A DNA stretch of 64,000 nt from the NCBI GenBank assembly GCA_040005235.1, contig JBDTZG010000003.1:1-64000 (forward strand), written 5' to 3'. Below are positions 1-9,453 of the stretch, one piece after another. This DNA comes from Acidobacteriota bacterium (lineage in GTDB: Bacteria; Acidobacteriota; Thermoanaerobaculia; Multivoradales; UBA5704). A program made the position numbers and the translations under genes. The stretch's first letter is position 1. The number at the start of each line of letters is the position of its first letter. The notes under the pieces were generated by a model, which saw only the letters and a program-made list of their open reading frames with translations, did no database searches and was not told the origin of the DNA.

Positions 1-1
1 C

Positions 2-352
2 GCCGAGCCCCAGCCCGACGGCTCGATCCTCTCCCGCCAAAGGCTCGACCTCCCCGCCTTCCTCGGCACTCGAAGTCTCACCGCCCGCTATCGCTTCGCC
101 CGCCCGACACCCACCACCTATACGGTCACCTGGGTCTCCCTCCCCGGCGGCGAGGTCCGCGATCAGCACGGCTCCTTCCACCTCGAATCCCAGGGCGATG
201 GCAGCCGGGGCACCCTCGTCACCTGCCACTTCTACCTGGATCCCGGGGGAGCCGCAGCCTTCCTCGTGAACCCCCAGACCGAGCGCTCGGTGGGCTGGAT
301 TCTCGACGGCCTGCGGCAGCAGGTGAACCGTGGGCGGTATGCCGAACCCTAA
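2..352 (+). CDS. 3' part of a hypothetical protein, possibly SRPBCC/START-fold (cut by window edge)
   Basis: Open frame from nt 2 (AEPQPDGSILSRQRLDLP...GTLVTCHFYLDPGG...RQQVNRGRYAEP) to TAA at 350-352, with high-GC codon usage. Confidence 0.6.
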   Translation, partial: AEPQPDGSILSRQRLDLPAFLGTRSLTARYRFARPTPTTYTVTWVSLPGGEVRDQHGSFHLESQGDGSRGTLVTCHFYLDPGGAAAFLVNPQTERSVGWILDGLRQQVNRGRYAEP

Positions 353-404
353 CGCCGCTTCGCGTTTCCGCCGGACCGCTCCGCGGATTCCCGGAGGAGG
401 CGGC

Positions 405-740
405 CGGACATACCGAGGAACTTAGCGCACGCGCGGAGGGATCTCGCGAACCCGCCGAGAGACCTCGCGAACGCACCGATCTGGTTCCCGAACGCACCGC
501 TCCAGATTCCGAACGCGCCGCCCTGGAGGCCGAACGCAATGCAGGGGTGCACGAACGCTACGTTCCGGTGCACAAACGCAAGCATCCAATTTTCGAACGC
601 AACGCCGAACGCCGCGATAACAACAGTGCGCTCGGCGAACGCACAGACCCGCTGTCGGAACGTTCGGAGCGGCTTTTCGCGCTCAGCGAAGTAGAGTTTG
701 TGTTCGCTGTACCGAAAATTGTGTTCGCCAACACAAGCGA
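405..740. repeat. 21-bp periodic degenerate tandem array with CGAACGC core
   Basis: CGAAC(GC)-like cores at 447, 468, 489, 510, 531, 552, 573, 594, (615), 636, 657, exactly 21 bp apart with variable intervening sequence; TGTGTTCGC at 699 and 720 keeps the phase. Confidence 0.85.
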
Positions 741-868
741 CGCGAACGCAGGGAACGCAAGAACGCGAAGGAATCAATTCCCTCGCTAGCTGGACCTCCC
801 CGGGCCCGCCCTCCGATGATACGCCAATGTCGATAGCTCGAACTCCTCCGTTCCGAGGCGGAGCTCGA

Positions 869-1342
869 TCAGGCGGCGGTCGTCGCCGCCGGGGCTGGCT
901 GATAGCCGCCGGGGGTCAGGCGAGCGGCGACCGACAGGCGATTCCAGGCGTTGATGGCGGCGATTGCGAGGGTCAAGTTCGATAGCTCTTTCTCGTTCAG
1001 TTGCTCGCGCGCCGCGGCGTGGACCGCGTCCGGTACGTGCCCCTCGGCCACGAGGGTGACCGCTTCGGTCCAGGCGAGCGCGGCGCGCTCCTTCTCCGAA
1101 TAGAACGGCGTTTCGCGCCAGGCGTCGAGCGAGTAGAGGCGTTGCTCCGTCTCGGAGAGAGCGCGCAGGTCTTTCCAGTGCATGTCGATGCAGTAGGCGC
1201 AGCCGTTGATCTGCGAGGCGCGCAGGCGCACCAGGTGGAGCAGCCGCTCGTCCAGGCCGCAGGCGGCGAGGTAGGTGTCCAGGGCATCCATCGCTTCGTA
1301 CAGTCCGGGGGCTGCTTTGGCATAGTTGAGGCGCGGTTTCAT
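869..1342 (-). CDS. Carboxymuconolactone decarboxylase / AhpD-family protein
   Basis: RASQINGCAYCIDMH (CxxC-H) motif; GGAGAG RBS before MKPRLNY. Confidence 0.92.
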   Translation of the reverse strand: MKPRLNYAKAAPGLYEAMDALDTYLAACGLDERLLHLVRLRASQINGCAYCIDMHWKDLRALSETEQRLYSLDAWRETPFYSEKERAALAWTEAVTLVAEGHVPDAVHAAAREQLNEKELSNLTLAIAAINAWNRLSVAARLTPGGYQPAPAATTAA

Positions 1343-1456
1343 CGGTCTCTCCAGGTCGGTTTCGGTTCGATTCACGAGAGCGAAGATAGCCCGCGGGTGG
1401 CCTACTCAGAAGATCCATTTACGATATATTGACTGGACCAATTGAAGGAGACCGCG

Positions 1457-2932
1457 GTGCCGAAGACGACCTCCGCCCCTCTCCTCGCCCTGCCGGATCG
1501 ATCGCCCGGAGAACCCGCCGCCCTCTGGCTCTCTTCGGCTCTGCGCACGGAGATCCTGGCCGGCCGGCTCCGCCCCGGCGCTCGCCTGCCGGCGACCCGC
1601 GATCTAGCGAGCCAGACGGGGCTTTCGCGCGGCACGATCGTCGCCGCCTTCGAGGCGCTCGCCGCGGAGGGGTATGTCGAGGGAACGACCGGCTCGGGAA
1701 CCTACGTCAACCGGGTCCTTCCCGACGACCTGCTGGAAGTCGGCCGGCCCTCCGGCCGCGAGGTCCAAGCCCCACGCCCGATGCGCCGCCGCCTGTCGGC
1801 GTTCGGCCGCGCGGCGCGCGAATTTTCGGGGCTCGAAGCGCACCCCGCCCGCGCCTTTCGCACCAACCTTCCGGCTCTCGACCTCTTCCCCACCACCCTT
1901 TGGGCTCAGCTCGTCGCGCGTCGCCACCGGAGCGCCCCGGCGAGCCTTCTGCGCGGCTGCGGGCCGATGGGCTACGCACCGCTTCAAGAAGCGCTCGCGG
2001 AGTACCTCGCCACGCGCGGAGTGAAATGCGCGGCGCCGCAGATCGCGGTAGTCACCGGCGTTCAAGAGGCGATCGATCTTTCCGCCCGGCTGTTCCTCGA
2101 TCCGGGCGATCGGGTCTGCATGGAAGATCCGGGCTACCCCGGTGCGGCGCTCGCGTTCGAAGCCTTCGGCGCGAAGATCTCCGCCCTGCCGGTCGACGAA
2201 GAAGGGATGACGCTCCCCGGCCGACGAGAGAAAGATGCCCGGCTCGTGTACATCACCCCCGGTCATCAATTTCCCACGGGTGTCGGCATGAGCCTGCCGC
2301 GCCGCTTGGCCCTGCTCGAATGGGCGCGCACCTCGGGAGCCCCGATCCTCGAAGACGACTACGACAGCGAGTTTCGCTACTCCGGCCGGCCCGTCCCCGC
2401 GCTCCAAGGCCTCGATCGCGAGGGCCGCGTGCTGTTCACCGGCAGCTTCAGCAAGGTTTTATTCCCCTCGCTTCGCCTGGGCTACCTGGTCGTCCCGGAG
2501 GATCTCGTCGACACCGTAACCGCCATTCGCTCCATTGGCAGCCGGCACGCGCCGCTCTTGGAGCAGGCGGTCCTCTGCGATTTTCTCAACCAAGGTCACT
2601 TCGGCCGCCACCTCCGCCGCATGCGCGAGATCTACGCCGAACGCTCGGCCGCCCTGGTCACCGCCGCCCGCGAACAGCTGGGCGGACTTCTCCACCTCTC
2701 CGACCTCGAAGCCGGTTTGCAGACCGCGGGCTGGCTGGGCGAGGGAATCACCGGAGAAGCGGCGGCCCAGGCGGCAGAAAAGCGCGGGGTGGAAGTTACG
2801 CCCTTGAGCCGGTATACGCGCGGCAAAGTGGTGCGCGAAGGGTTGCAGTTGGGGTTCGCGGCGGTGGATGTGAAGGAGATTCGCCGGGGGGTGAGGGAGC
2901 TGAGGGTGGCGTTGGAGGGGTGGCGGCGGTAA
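1457..2932 (+). CDS. MocR/GabR-family PLP-dependent GntR regulator
   Basis: N-terminal wHTH (RLPATRDLA...GSGTYV) plus aminotransferase-like domain (ILEDDYDSEFRY, GSFSKVLFPSLRLGY); divergent from the AhpD gene. Confidence 0.95.
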   Translation: MPKTTSAPLLALPDRSPGEPAALWLSSALRTEILAGRLRPGARLPATRDLASQTGLSRGTIVAAFEALAAEGYVEGTTGSGTYVNRVLPDDLLEVGRPSGREVQAPRPMRRRLSAFGRAAREFSGLEAHPARAFRTNLPALDLFPTTLWAQLVARRHRSAPASLLRGCGPMGYAPLQEALAEYLATRGVKCAAPQIAVVTGVQEAIDLSARLFLDPGDRVCMEDPGYPGAALAFEAFGAKISALPVDEEGMTLPGRREKDARLVYITPGHQFPTGVGMSLPRRLALLEWARTSGAPILEDDYDSEFRYSGRPVPALQGLDREGRVLFTGSFSKVLFPSLRLGYLVVPEDLVDTVTAIRSIGSRHAPLLEQAVLCDFLNQGHFGRHLRRMREIYAERSAALVTAAREQLGGLLHLSDLEAGLQTAGWLGEGITGEAAAQAAEKRGVEVTPLSRYTRGKVVREGLQLGFAAVDVKEIRRGVRELRVALEGWRR

Positions 2933-2955
2933 GGGCGCTTCGCGAAAGTTCTGGC

Positions 2956-3037
2956 GGGCTTTCAGCCCTTGTGAGACTTGGACGAACCGGAAACCCAGGG
3001 CGTTGCCCTGGGCTGTCATGAGTCGGGCCTTTGGCCC
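2956..3037. repeat. REP-like multi-hairpin element
   Basis: Palindromes GGGCTTTCAGCCC, CCCAGGGCGTTGCCCTGGG and GGGCCTTTGGCCC; related copies at 6136-6252. Confidence 0.7.
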
Positions 3038-3050
3038 TCAAAAAACAGTT

Positions 3051-3281
3051 TCATATCCCGCTCCGCCGAGTCACCGTTACGCCTGGCCGCCCATCAACAG
3101 GTGGTCGACCCGATGTCTCCGGATCGTAGAAAGGGCTTTGAACATCGGGCTCGGGATCAAGGGAGCCTCCCATGGCCACGTAGTGATGCCAGAGCTTCGC
3201 GCTCTCTTCCCAGCGTTCCTGAGGAGTCAGGCGGAACCAGTCGACCCACTCGGGCTCGTAGATGTCTTCGATCTGGATCAT
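3051..3281 (-). CDS. Small hypothetical protein, similar to antitoxin-like partners of nucleotidyltransferases
   Basis: 76-aa ORF EWVDWFRLTPQERWEESAKLW...GGSLDPEPDVQSPFY. Confidence 0.6.
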   Translation of the reverse strand: MIQIEDIYEPEWVDWFRLTPQERWEESAKLWHHYVAMGGSLDPEPDVQSPFYDPETSGRPPVDGRPGVTVTRRSGI

Positions 3282-3320
3282 CGGGAGAATCGTAGCATCG
3301 GCCGGGCTTGAGCTGGATTT

Positions 3321-4091
3321 TCAACTCGCCGCCGCCACCCCTTCGAGCAGCGCCCGCGCCGCGCCCAGCTCCTCGTCGTTCACCGTGTGCGGCATACCGG
3401 GATAGCGCCGGAGGTCGACTTTCGCCCCCATCCGCCCGAGCACCTGGGCGGTCTCTTCGACCCGCCAGAAGGGGACGTGGGGATCGGGATCTCCCGCGCC
3501 GAGGAAGACCGGCACTCCGGAAAGCGTTCCGGGGTAGTCGCGCGGCGTTCCGGGCGGCCCGAGCAGGCCGCCGGTGAAGCCCACGACCGCGCCGTAGTTG
3601 CGAGGGGTGCGCGCGGCGGATTCGGTCGCCAGGCAGGCGCCTTGGGAGAAGCCGAGCAGGATCGTCCGCTCGGGCGGAATGCCGGCCGCGCCGATCCGCT
3701 CCACTAGAGTGTCGATCACCCCGAGCGCCGAGGTGAGCCCCGGCTCGTTGCTTAAGAGGGGCGAAAGAAAGGTGAGCGGATACCAGGTCGATTCGTGCGC
3801 CTGGGGCGCCAGGTAGGCGACTCCTGGCACCGCTATCCGGCCGACCAGGGTGAGGATGTTTTCGGCCGAGGCGTAGCGGCCATGGAGCAGGATCACCGCG
3901 GCGCGCGCCAAGGCGAGCGGCTCGCCGGCCGTGGCGATTCGTCCGCCGCAATGGGGATCGGCCGGATCAGCCGGATCGGCCGGATCAGCCGGATCGGCCG
4001 GATCAGCCGGATCGGCCGGATCAGCCGGATCGGCCGGACCAGCCGGATCGGCCGGATCGACGGCCGGAGCTGGAGCGTGCCGGTCGTTCAC
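3321..4091 (-). CDS. Phospholipase/carboxylesterase (MhqD-like alpha/beta hydrolase) with N-terminal (DPA)n repeat
   Basis: LLHG, GFSQG nucleophile motif, DPHVP, GMPH; GTG start overlaps the upstream stop (GTGA). Confidence 0.88.
   Translation of the reverse strand: MNDRHAPAPAVDPADPAGPADPADPADPADPADPADPADPADPADPHCGGRIATAGEPLALARAAVILLHGRYASAENILTLVGRIAVPGVAYLAPQAHESTWYPLTFLSPLLSNEPGLTSALGVIDTLVERIGAAGIPPERTILLGFSQGACLATESAARTPRNYGAVVGFTGGLLGPPGTPRDYPGTLSGVPVFLGAGDPDPHVPFWRVEETAQVLGRMGAKVDLRRYPGMPHTVNDEELGAARALLEGVAAAS
3955..4059. repeat. 9-bp tandem repeat (GGATC[A/G]GCC) x ~12
   Basis: Alternating GGATCGGCC/GGATCAGCC units encoding Asp-Pro-Ala on the minus strand. Confidence 0.95.
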
Positions 4092-5095
4092 GCCACACCT
4101 TCGGCGACGGCCGGCGCGGCAGCGGGAACCTGCAGCTTGGGCAACGCCGCCTCGATCCGCGGCCGGGCGGCTTCCAGCCACGGCGGCAACTTGAGCGCCG
4201 AGCCGAGCGAGGCGAGCGGCTCGTCGAAGGTGAAGCCGGGCGGGTCGGTCGCCAGCTCGAACAGCACCCCGCCCGGCTCGCGGTAGTAGATCGAGTGGAA
4301 ATATTGGCGGTCCTGAACTGGGGTGACGTGGAGCCCGCGCTCGGCGAGATCGGCGAGCCAGGCGCGCTGCGCCGCGTCGTCTTCGACCCGGAACGCGACG
4401 TGGTGGACGGAGCCCGCGGCCACCCGGCCGTGACTGCCGGAGGGCTCTTCGAGCAGATCGATCTGCGCCCCCGCTCCGCCTGCTCCGATGGCGTAACGAG
4501 AGCGGTTTCCGCCGCCATCACCCTCACCGGCATCCCCTTCGCTCACCACCCGGTGAAAGCCCATGGCCTCGGTGAGCAGGCCGGTGGTCGGCCCAAGCGA
4601 CTTTTCGGTGAGGGTGACGGAGTGGAAGCCGCGGATCGCTGCGCGCTCCGGGATACCGCTTCCCGCCCACGGCGCGCGGTCCTCGGCGCCGGGGTGGGCG
4701 ATCAGCTCCAGCTTCATGCCGTCGGGATCGAACAGCGTGAGGACGCTTTCGCGCTCAAGCCGGTCGGCCGGTTCCGCGGCGAGGACGTTTTGGCCGGCCA
4801 GGCGATCGCGCCAGAAGCCGAGCGAACCCTCCGGCACCGAAAACGCCGTGGCGCTGGTCTGGCCGACGCCTCGGGTGCCGCGCACCGCGTGCGCCCAGGG
4901 GAAGAAGGTGAGGATGCTGCCCGGGGTCCCCGCCTCGTCGCCGTAGTAGAGATGGTAGGTGCCGGGGTCGTCGAAGTTGACCGTCCGCTTGACCAGCCGC
5001 AGGCCGAGCAGGCCGACGTAGAAATCGACGTTCGCTTGCGCGTCGCTCGCGATCGCCGTGACGTGATGGATGCCCTCGATCGGGGTTTTCGTCAT
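4088..5095 (-). CDS. Ring-cleaving dioxygenase (MhqO/glyoxalase family)
   Basis: GIHHVTAIA, KRTVNFDDPGTYHLYYGD, VHHVAFRV, DRQYFHSIYYREPGGVLFELATDPPGF. Confidence 0.95.
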   Translation of the reverse strand: MTKTPIEGIHHVTAIASDAQANVDFYVGLLGLRLVKRTVNFDDPGTYHLYYGDEAGTPGSILTFFPWAHAVRGTRGVGQTSATAFSVPEGSLGFWRDRLAGQNVLAAEPADRLERESVLTLFDPDGMKLELIAHPGAEDRAPWAGSGIPERAAIRGFHSVTLTEKSLGPTTGLLTEAMGFHRVVSEGDAGEGDGGGNRSRYAIGAGGAGAQIDLLEEPSGSHGRVAAGSVHHVAFRVEDDAAQRAWLADLAERGLHVTPVQDRQYFHSIYYREPGGVLFELATDPPGFTFDEPLASLGSALKLPPWLEAARPRIEAALPKLQVPAAAPAVAEGVA

Positions 5096-5097
5096 GA

Positions 5098-5496
5098 TCA
5101 AGCTTCCATCCAGGCCATGGGTACGGCGATCGCCGCACCGCAAGCGAGCAGCGTGCCGGCGAGCCATTTGAACACCGGGTTCTCGACCGCGGCCAGCAGC
5201 ACGGGCAGCCAATGCTCCCCTCCGGCCGTGCCGCTCCAGAGAATCAGGGCGAGGATCGCCAGGGCGAAGGCGCCGAACATCGCGAAGGCGGGGCGCCAGA
5301 GCGCGCTCCCGGAGAACAACGGCGGCGGCACGAGGTCGGGAAATACCGGCCGGGAAGGCGCCGCATGCCGGGCCTCTCGGCGCACCGCGGCCATCACCGA
5401 GACCGTCAGATCGGGCGCGGCGTCCGGCGCGCGCGCTTCGAGCAGCCAGGAGTCGAGCACGGACCGTTCGGATGGCGGAAGCTCTAGGTCGGACAT
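5098..5496 (-). CDS. Putative anti-sigma membrane protein
   Basis: Overlaps the ECF sigma 3' end; APDLTVSVMAAV motif followed by TM helices. Confidence 0.65.
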   Translation of the reverse strand: MSDLELPPSERSVLDSWLLEARAPDAAPDLTVSVMAAVRREARHAAPSRPVFPDLVPPPLFSGSALWRPAFAMFGAFALAILALILWSGTAGGEHWLPVLLAAVENPVFKWLAGTLLACGAAIAVPMAWMEA

Positions 5497-6077
5497 ACCC
5501 TCTCCTTCGTTCCCGCCGCCCCGAGCAGCGGCGCCAGGCGACGTTCGAGCAGGTGGCGGGCGCGGTGGAGCTGCGATTTGAGCGTCCCCTCGGGGACCCC
5601 CAGGCTCGCCGCCGCCGCAGCGAGATCCAACTCGTGAAAATAGAACAGATGGACCGCTTCACGGTAGTGAACGGGCAGTTCGTCCACCGCGCGGCGCACC
5701 CAGCGCTGGCGCTCCCGGCGCTCCGCCGGATCGGCCGCCGGGGGTTCCGCCTGGCCTTCGGCGGCTTCGATCGGCAGGCTCTTCGGTCGCTGCCTGCGCA
5801 GCCAGGATCGGTAGCTGTTGGTCGCGATGGCGAACAGCCAGGTCGAAAACGCCGCGTCGCCGCGCCAGTGGGGCAGCGCCCGATAGGCTTTCAAGAACGC
5901 GTCCTGCGCCATCTCCTCGGCCGCGCCGGCCTCGTCGCTGAAGCGGTAGGCAAGCTGGTACAGGGGACCCTGCCAACGTCGCACGATCCCGGCAAACGCC
6001 TCCGGGTCGCCGGCCAGAATCCGGGCTACGTCGCGGGCGTCCTCCGGGGCTCCGGTTTCTAGCTCGGCGCTGATCAT
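5484..6077 (-). CDS. ECF RNA polymerase sigma-70 factor
   Basis: AEEMAQDAFLKAY, FSTWLFAIATN, LGVPEGTLKSQLHRAR. Confidence 0.92.
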   Translation of the reverse strand: MISAELETGAPEDARDVARILAGDPEAFAGIVRRWQGPLYQLAYRFSDEAGAAEEMAQDAFLKAYRALPHWRGDAAFSTWLFAIATNSYRSWLRRQRPKSLPIEAAEGQAEPPAADPAERRERQRWVRRAVDELPVHYREAVHLFYFHELDLAAAAASLGVPEGTLKSQLHRARHLLERRLAPLLGAAGTKERVCPT

Positions 6078-6135
6078 CCTTCCGGTTGGACGCGGGAACG
6101 GAGCTTCGGGTTGCAGGGTGGCACCACTCAGCAAA

Positions 6136-6252
6136 CCCAGGCCGTTGGCCTGGGCTAACGTGACGCGACCCTTCGGGCCGCAAAATGCCGCGCCGTCCAC
6201 CGTTTTAGGCCTGAAAGGCCGTCTCCCGTTAGCCCAGGCTGGAGGCCTGGGT
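6136..6252. repeat. REP-like inverted pair, same family as 2956-3037
   Basis: CCCAGGCCGTTGGCCTGGG ... GGCCTGAAAGGCC ... CCCAGGCTGGAGGCCTGGG. Confidence 0.7.
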
Positions 6253-6384
6253 CCAACAACGACGCGGCCTCACGCCGCATCGCCGAAACCTCCCCTGCAA
6301 CCGAAATCCGCTCCCCGGCGTCTCACCTCACGACACCCAAGCTCGGCCGGCCTCACGCCGCCGGGACGCGAAAGGAACCTCATC

Positions 6385-6834
6385 ATGTTCGACGGCTTCG
6401 CCCAACTCTTGACCCTGCTGATACCGGTCCTCGCCGTGATCGGCACGTTCGTCTTCCTGACGTTTTGGGTCATCACCCACCAGCGACGGCGCGAGCGGGA
6501 AGCGTACTACCGCTACGAGCTGGGCCGAAAAGCGGTCGAGAAAGGGTACGTGCCCGAAGACAAGCTGTTGGAGCTGCTCAACAACGAGCGGCGCAATCAG
6601 TGGCTGGGCCGGCGCGAGGGGGCTCGCCTGGCCGGGCTGATTCTGTTCGCTCTCGGTCTAGGCATGATGATCGCGCTCGGCAATCTGGACGACCACCTGG
6701 TCGGCCTCGGCGCGGTGCCGATGTTGCTGGGGCTCGCGCTGTTCGTCTACGGCCTGTTCTTCGCTCCGAAAGACGTCAAACCCGACCCCTCGGACGCTCC
6801 GGCCGCGCCCCACGAGTCGAGCCCAAGCGCTTGA
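6385..6834 (+). CDS. Membrane protein (DUF6249-like), divergent from the ECF sigma
   Basis: AAGGA RBS; TM helix, RRREREAYY...KAVEKG, then two TM helices. Confidence 0.75.
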   Translation: MFDGFAQLLTLLIPVLAVIGTFVFLTFWVITHQRRREREAYYRYELGRKAVEKGYVPEDKLLELLNNERRNQWLGRREGARLAGLILFALGLGMMIALGNLDDHLVGLGAVPMLLGLALFVYGLFFAPKDVKPDPSDAPAAPHESSPSA

Positions 6835-6894
6835 TTCAAAGCCTCTTGCTGTAGGTCTTGAGGACTGCCTCGCCCTTTCTCCACGAGCTCGGCC

Positions 6895-7275
6895 TCACCG
6901 CGGCGGTCCTTCGCCGTAGAGCCTCAGCTCTTTACCCGTCGGCGAAACGACCAGCTCCACCCGCCCGGCGCGGTCGCCCGGCTCGGCCACCAGATCGATC
7001 GCCCAGAGGAGCGAGACGAGCTTGCCCGAAAAGCTCGACGGGACGAGATCGGGAAGACGGAAGCGACAGGTGCAATGCCCGCTCTGGCCTGGCGCGATCG
7101 AATCGCTGGCGACCCTCTCGGTGTCGCGATCGCCTTTTCCTTCGGTGTACCAGAACAGCCGGATCTCCAGCGAATCGGGCATCTCGTCGAGCCGCCAGAC
7201 CGCCGATGCCTCGATCTCCTCGCCCGGAGCGAAAACCGTCCGGCCGTTCGGAATCGTCACCTCTAGCCAATCCAT
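6895..7275 (-). CDS. Hypothetical protein (arrestin-like beta sandwich)
   Basis: MDWLEVTIP...EIRLFWYTEGKGDRD...PSSFSGKLVSLLWAI; coupled to the upstream gene by a TGATG overlap. Confidence 0.75.
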   Translation of the reverse strand: MDWLEVTIPNGRTVFAPGEEIEASAVWRLDEMPDSLEIRLFWYTEGKGDRDTERVASDSIAPGQSGHCTCRFRLPDLVPSSFSGKLVSLLWAIDLVAEPGDRAGRVELVVSPTGKELRLYGEGPPR

Positions 7276-8549
7276 CAGAGTCTCCACGGGGTGGCGGATT
7301 CCCCCCTCTTCGGCGCTTCGGGCAGGACGAGCAAGTCGAACTCTTCGCCCACGTCCGGCCAGCGGGCGATCTCGCCCGAGATCATCAGCTTCCAGACGAT
7401 CTTGTTGTGCGACGCCGAAAACGAGTGCATCGAGCCGGAAGGAATCATCACCTCGATCTCGCCCGAGGCGAACGTCGAGTCCAGGGTACTGTCGAACAGC
7501 ACCAGCGTCGCGAAGGTCGAGTGGTCGGTATGGGTGGAGGTCCCCTGGCGGTAGGTTGCCTCTTCGCGCCCTTCGATCGTGATCTTCAGCCGGGAGATTC
7601 GAGAGGACGCGCCGGAGAAGCTCCACGACAGCCGCGACGCCTCGCCAGGGCGGAGTCGGCTTCGGTCGAGGATCAGATGCGGACGCGGATTGAACAGGGC
7701 GAGAATCTGGTACGGAATCGAGAGCAGCAGACCCAGTCCGATCACCACGAACGGCACCAGAAACAGCGTATGGCAACCATCTCCCTGGCCGCTTCTCCAG
7801 CCGGCCACGACTTCTCTTAAAAACAGGCCGACGATGCCGTTCCAGAACAGAGTGACGAAGGTGATGCCCACCAGCTTGGCGACCGGGCCGGTGGAGGGCT
7901 TGAGCACCCTCCGATCGTCCCCCGGTCCGCCCGGGCCGGAGGCAGCGCGCGCCGCGCCGTGCGGTTCCGGCAGCCAGGCGCGATACGGTTCGAGTTCCGC
8001 GAAGTTGACGCCGCCCGGAAGCGGCGGGCCGGGTGTACCTCTGGATTTGCCGCTCCACAGGCGGACACTCCGCACGATGCCCCACAGGCTGCCGGCGATC
8101 AGACCCAAGGGGATCAGCGACAACAGCACCCAAGCGCCAAAACTCCGGTTGAGCACCGCGCGGCTCGGGTCTTTCGGATCGACGTAGCAAACCTGGCGGC
8201 TGCCGACGGGAAGGCCCGCCACCGCCTCGGCCTTGCCCTCGTAGCCCGACGACGAGCCGCCGAGGAAACGATAGCGGTCCGACCGGTAGAGGCGGCCGTC
8301 GACCTCGTACTCGTAGCGCACCGTGACGCTGTAGGTCGTGCTGTCGCTGCCCGAGTGCTCTTCGACGCCGCTTTCGAGGATCGTGCACGGGACTTCGCGC
8401 CAGGAGAACGCGCGAAACGTCTGCACCACCGGCCGGACGAGAAACCACGCCAGGCCGATCCCCGCGAGGAGGAACACCCCCAAGAACAGAATGAAGCAGC
8501 CCGCGCCGCTCCCCTGCTTGGGCCGCGAGATCGCACGTGAATTCTGCAT
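7275..8549 (-). CDS. DUF3592-domain membrane protein
   Basis: WREVPCTILESGV...VRYEYEVDGRLY...CYVDPKDPSRAVL; several TM segments. Confidence 0.82.
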   Translation of the reverse strand: MQNSRAISRPKQGSGAGCFILFLGVFLLAGIGLAWFLVRPVVQTFRAFSWREVPCTILESGVEEHSGSDSTTYSVTVRYEYEVDGRLYRSDRYRFLGGSSSGYEGKAEAVAGLPVGSRQVCYVDPKDPSRAVLNRSFGAWVLLSLIPLGLIAGSLWGIVRSVRLWSGKSRGTPGPPLPGGVNFAELEPYRAWLPEPHGAARAASGPGGPGDDRRVLKPSTGPVAKLVGITFVTLFWNGIVGLFLREVVAGWRSGQGDGCHTLFLVPFVVIGLGLLLSIPYQILALFNPRPHLILDRSRLRPGEASRLSWSFSGASSRISRLKITIEGREEATYRQGTSTHTDHSTFATLVLFDSTLDSTFASGEIEVMIPSGSMHSFSASHNKIVWKLMISGEIARWPDVGEEFDLLVLPEAPKRGESATPWRL

Positions 8550-8724
8550 GGTCGCTTCCGTCCGAGCGGAAAAATCGTAGCACCGGAAGGCTCCGAAAAG
8601 TGACAGACTCCCCCTTGCACTCCGAGCGCAGGTGAGAACAAAATTCGCATCTGGTTTTCATTGCGCCGGCAATTCCGTCACAGGCCCCAAGTGGTTTCCG
8701 GGGCTTGGGCCAGGAGCTAGAGGC

Positions 8725-9453
8725 ATGACCGACCGATCGAGACCGCTCGCCGCATTGCTGCTTCTCGCTTGCGTCGCCCTGCCCGCCGCAGCGCGCGAGA
8801 AGCGCACCCACTTTCGCGGCGCGTTCGACGGCAAGCAGATGCTGCGCATGACCCTGATCCGCGACGGTGACCGGATCACCGGGGTCTACCTTTACGAAGC
8901 GGTGGGCGAGCCGATCCGCCTCGAAGGCACCGGCCAGGGCAGCGACATCCGGCTGTCGCAGGTGGGCGAAGGGGGAGAAAAGTCCGGCCAGTTCCAAGGG
9001 ACCTGGAAAGGCAAGGTCTTCTCGGGCAACTGGACCGGAACCGACACCAACGCCCGCGCCCTGCCTTTCTCGTTCGATGCCGACTCCTCGCCGGACGACG
9101 GCACCTCCGGCAGTTACGAGGCGTTCACCGGCCGGCTCACCAACAAGCTCAACGTCCTGCTGCTGCCCGGTCAAAGGCTGCGCTTCCGCCTGTCGGCCTA
9201 TTGGGTGCCCGACGGCACCGATCCGTCGTTCGCCACCACCGGGGTGGTCGCCGGGACGATGCGGATGACCGGCGACACGGCGGTCTACGAAGCGGAAGGA
9301 TGCCGCCTCGCCTTCAACTTCAACGGCCGGAACGTGCGGGTCGAGCAGGCCGCCGCCGGTCCGGCCTGCGGCATGGGCCAGAACGTCACCGGCTCGGGCC
9401 TCTACCGGCAGACCGATTCCGAAGTCGACATCGCCGCGCTCGAAGGGTTCTAG
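8725..9453 (+). CDS. Secreted hypothetical protein
   Basis: AGGAG RBS, signal peptide (LAALLLLACVALPAAA), ITGVYLY...G.FQG.W repeats. Confidence 0.75.
   Translation: MTDRSRPLAALLLLACVALPAAAREKRTHFRGAFDGKQMLRMTLIRDGDRITGVYLYEAVGEPIRLEGTGQGSDIRLSQVGEGGEKSGQFQGTWKGKVFSGNWTGTDTNARALPFSFDADSSPDDGTSGSYEAFTGRLTNKLNVLLLPGQRLRFRLSAYWVPDGTDPSFATTGVVAGTMRMTGDTAVYEAEGCRLAFNFNGRNVRVEQAAAGPACGMGQNVTGSGLYRQTDSEVDIAALEGF

Noticed and set aside
6117-6130. AGGGTGGCACCAC resembling the island motif
   Set aside because: Only a partial match, inside a different REP-like element; could be chance.
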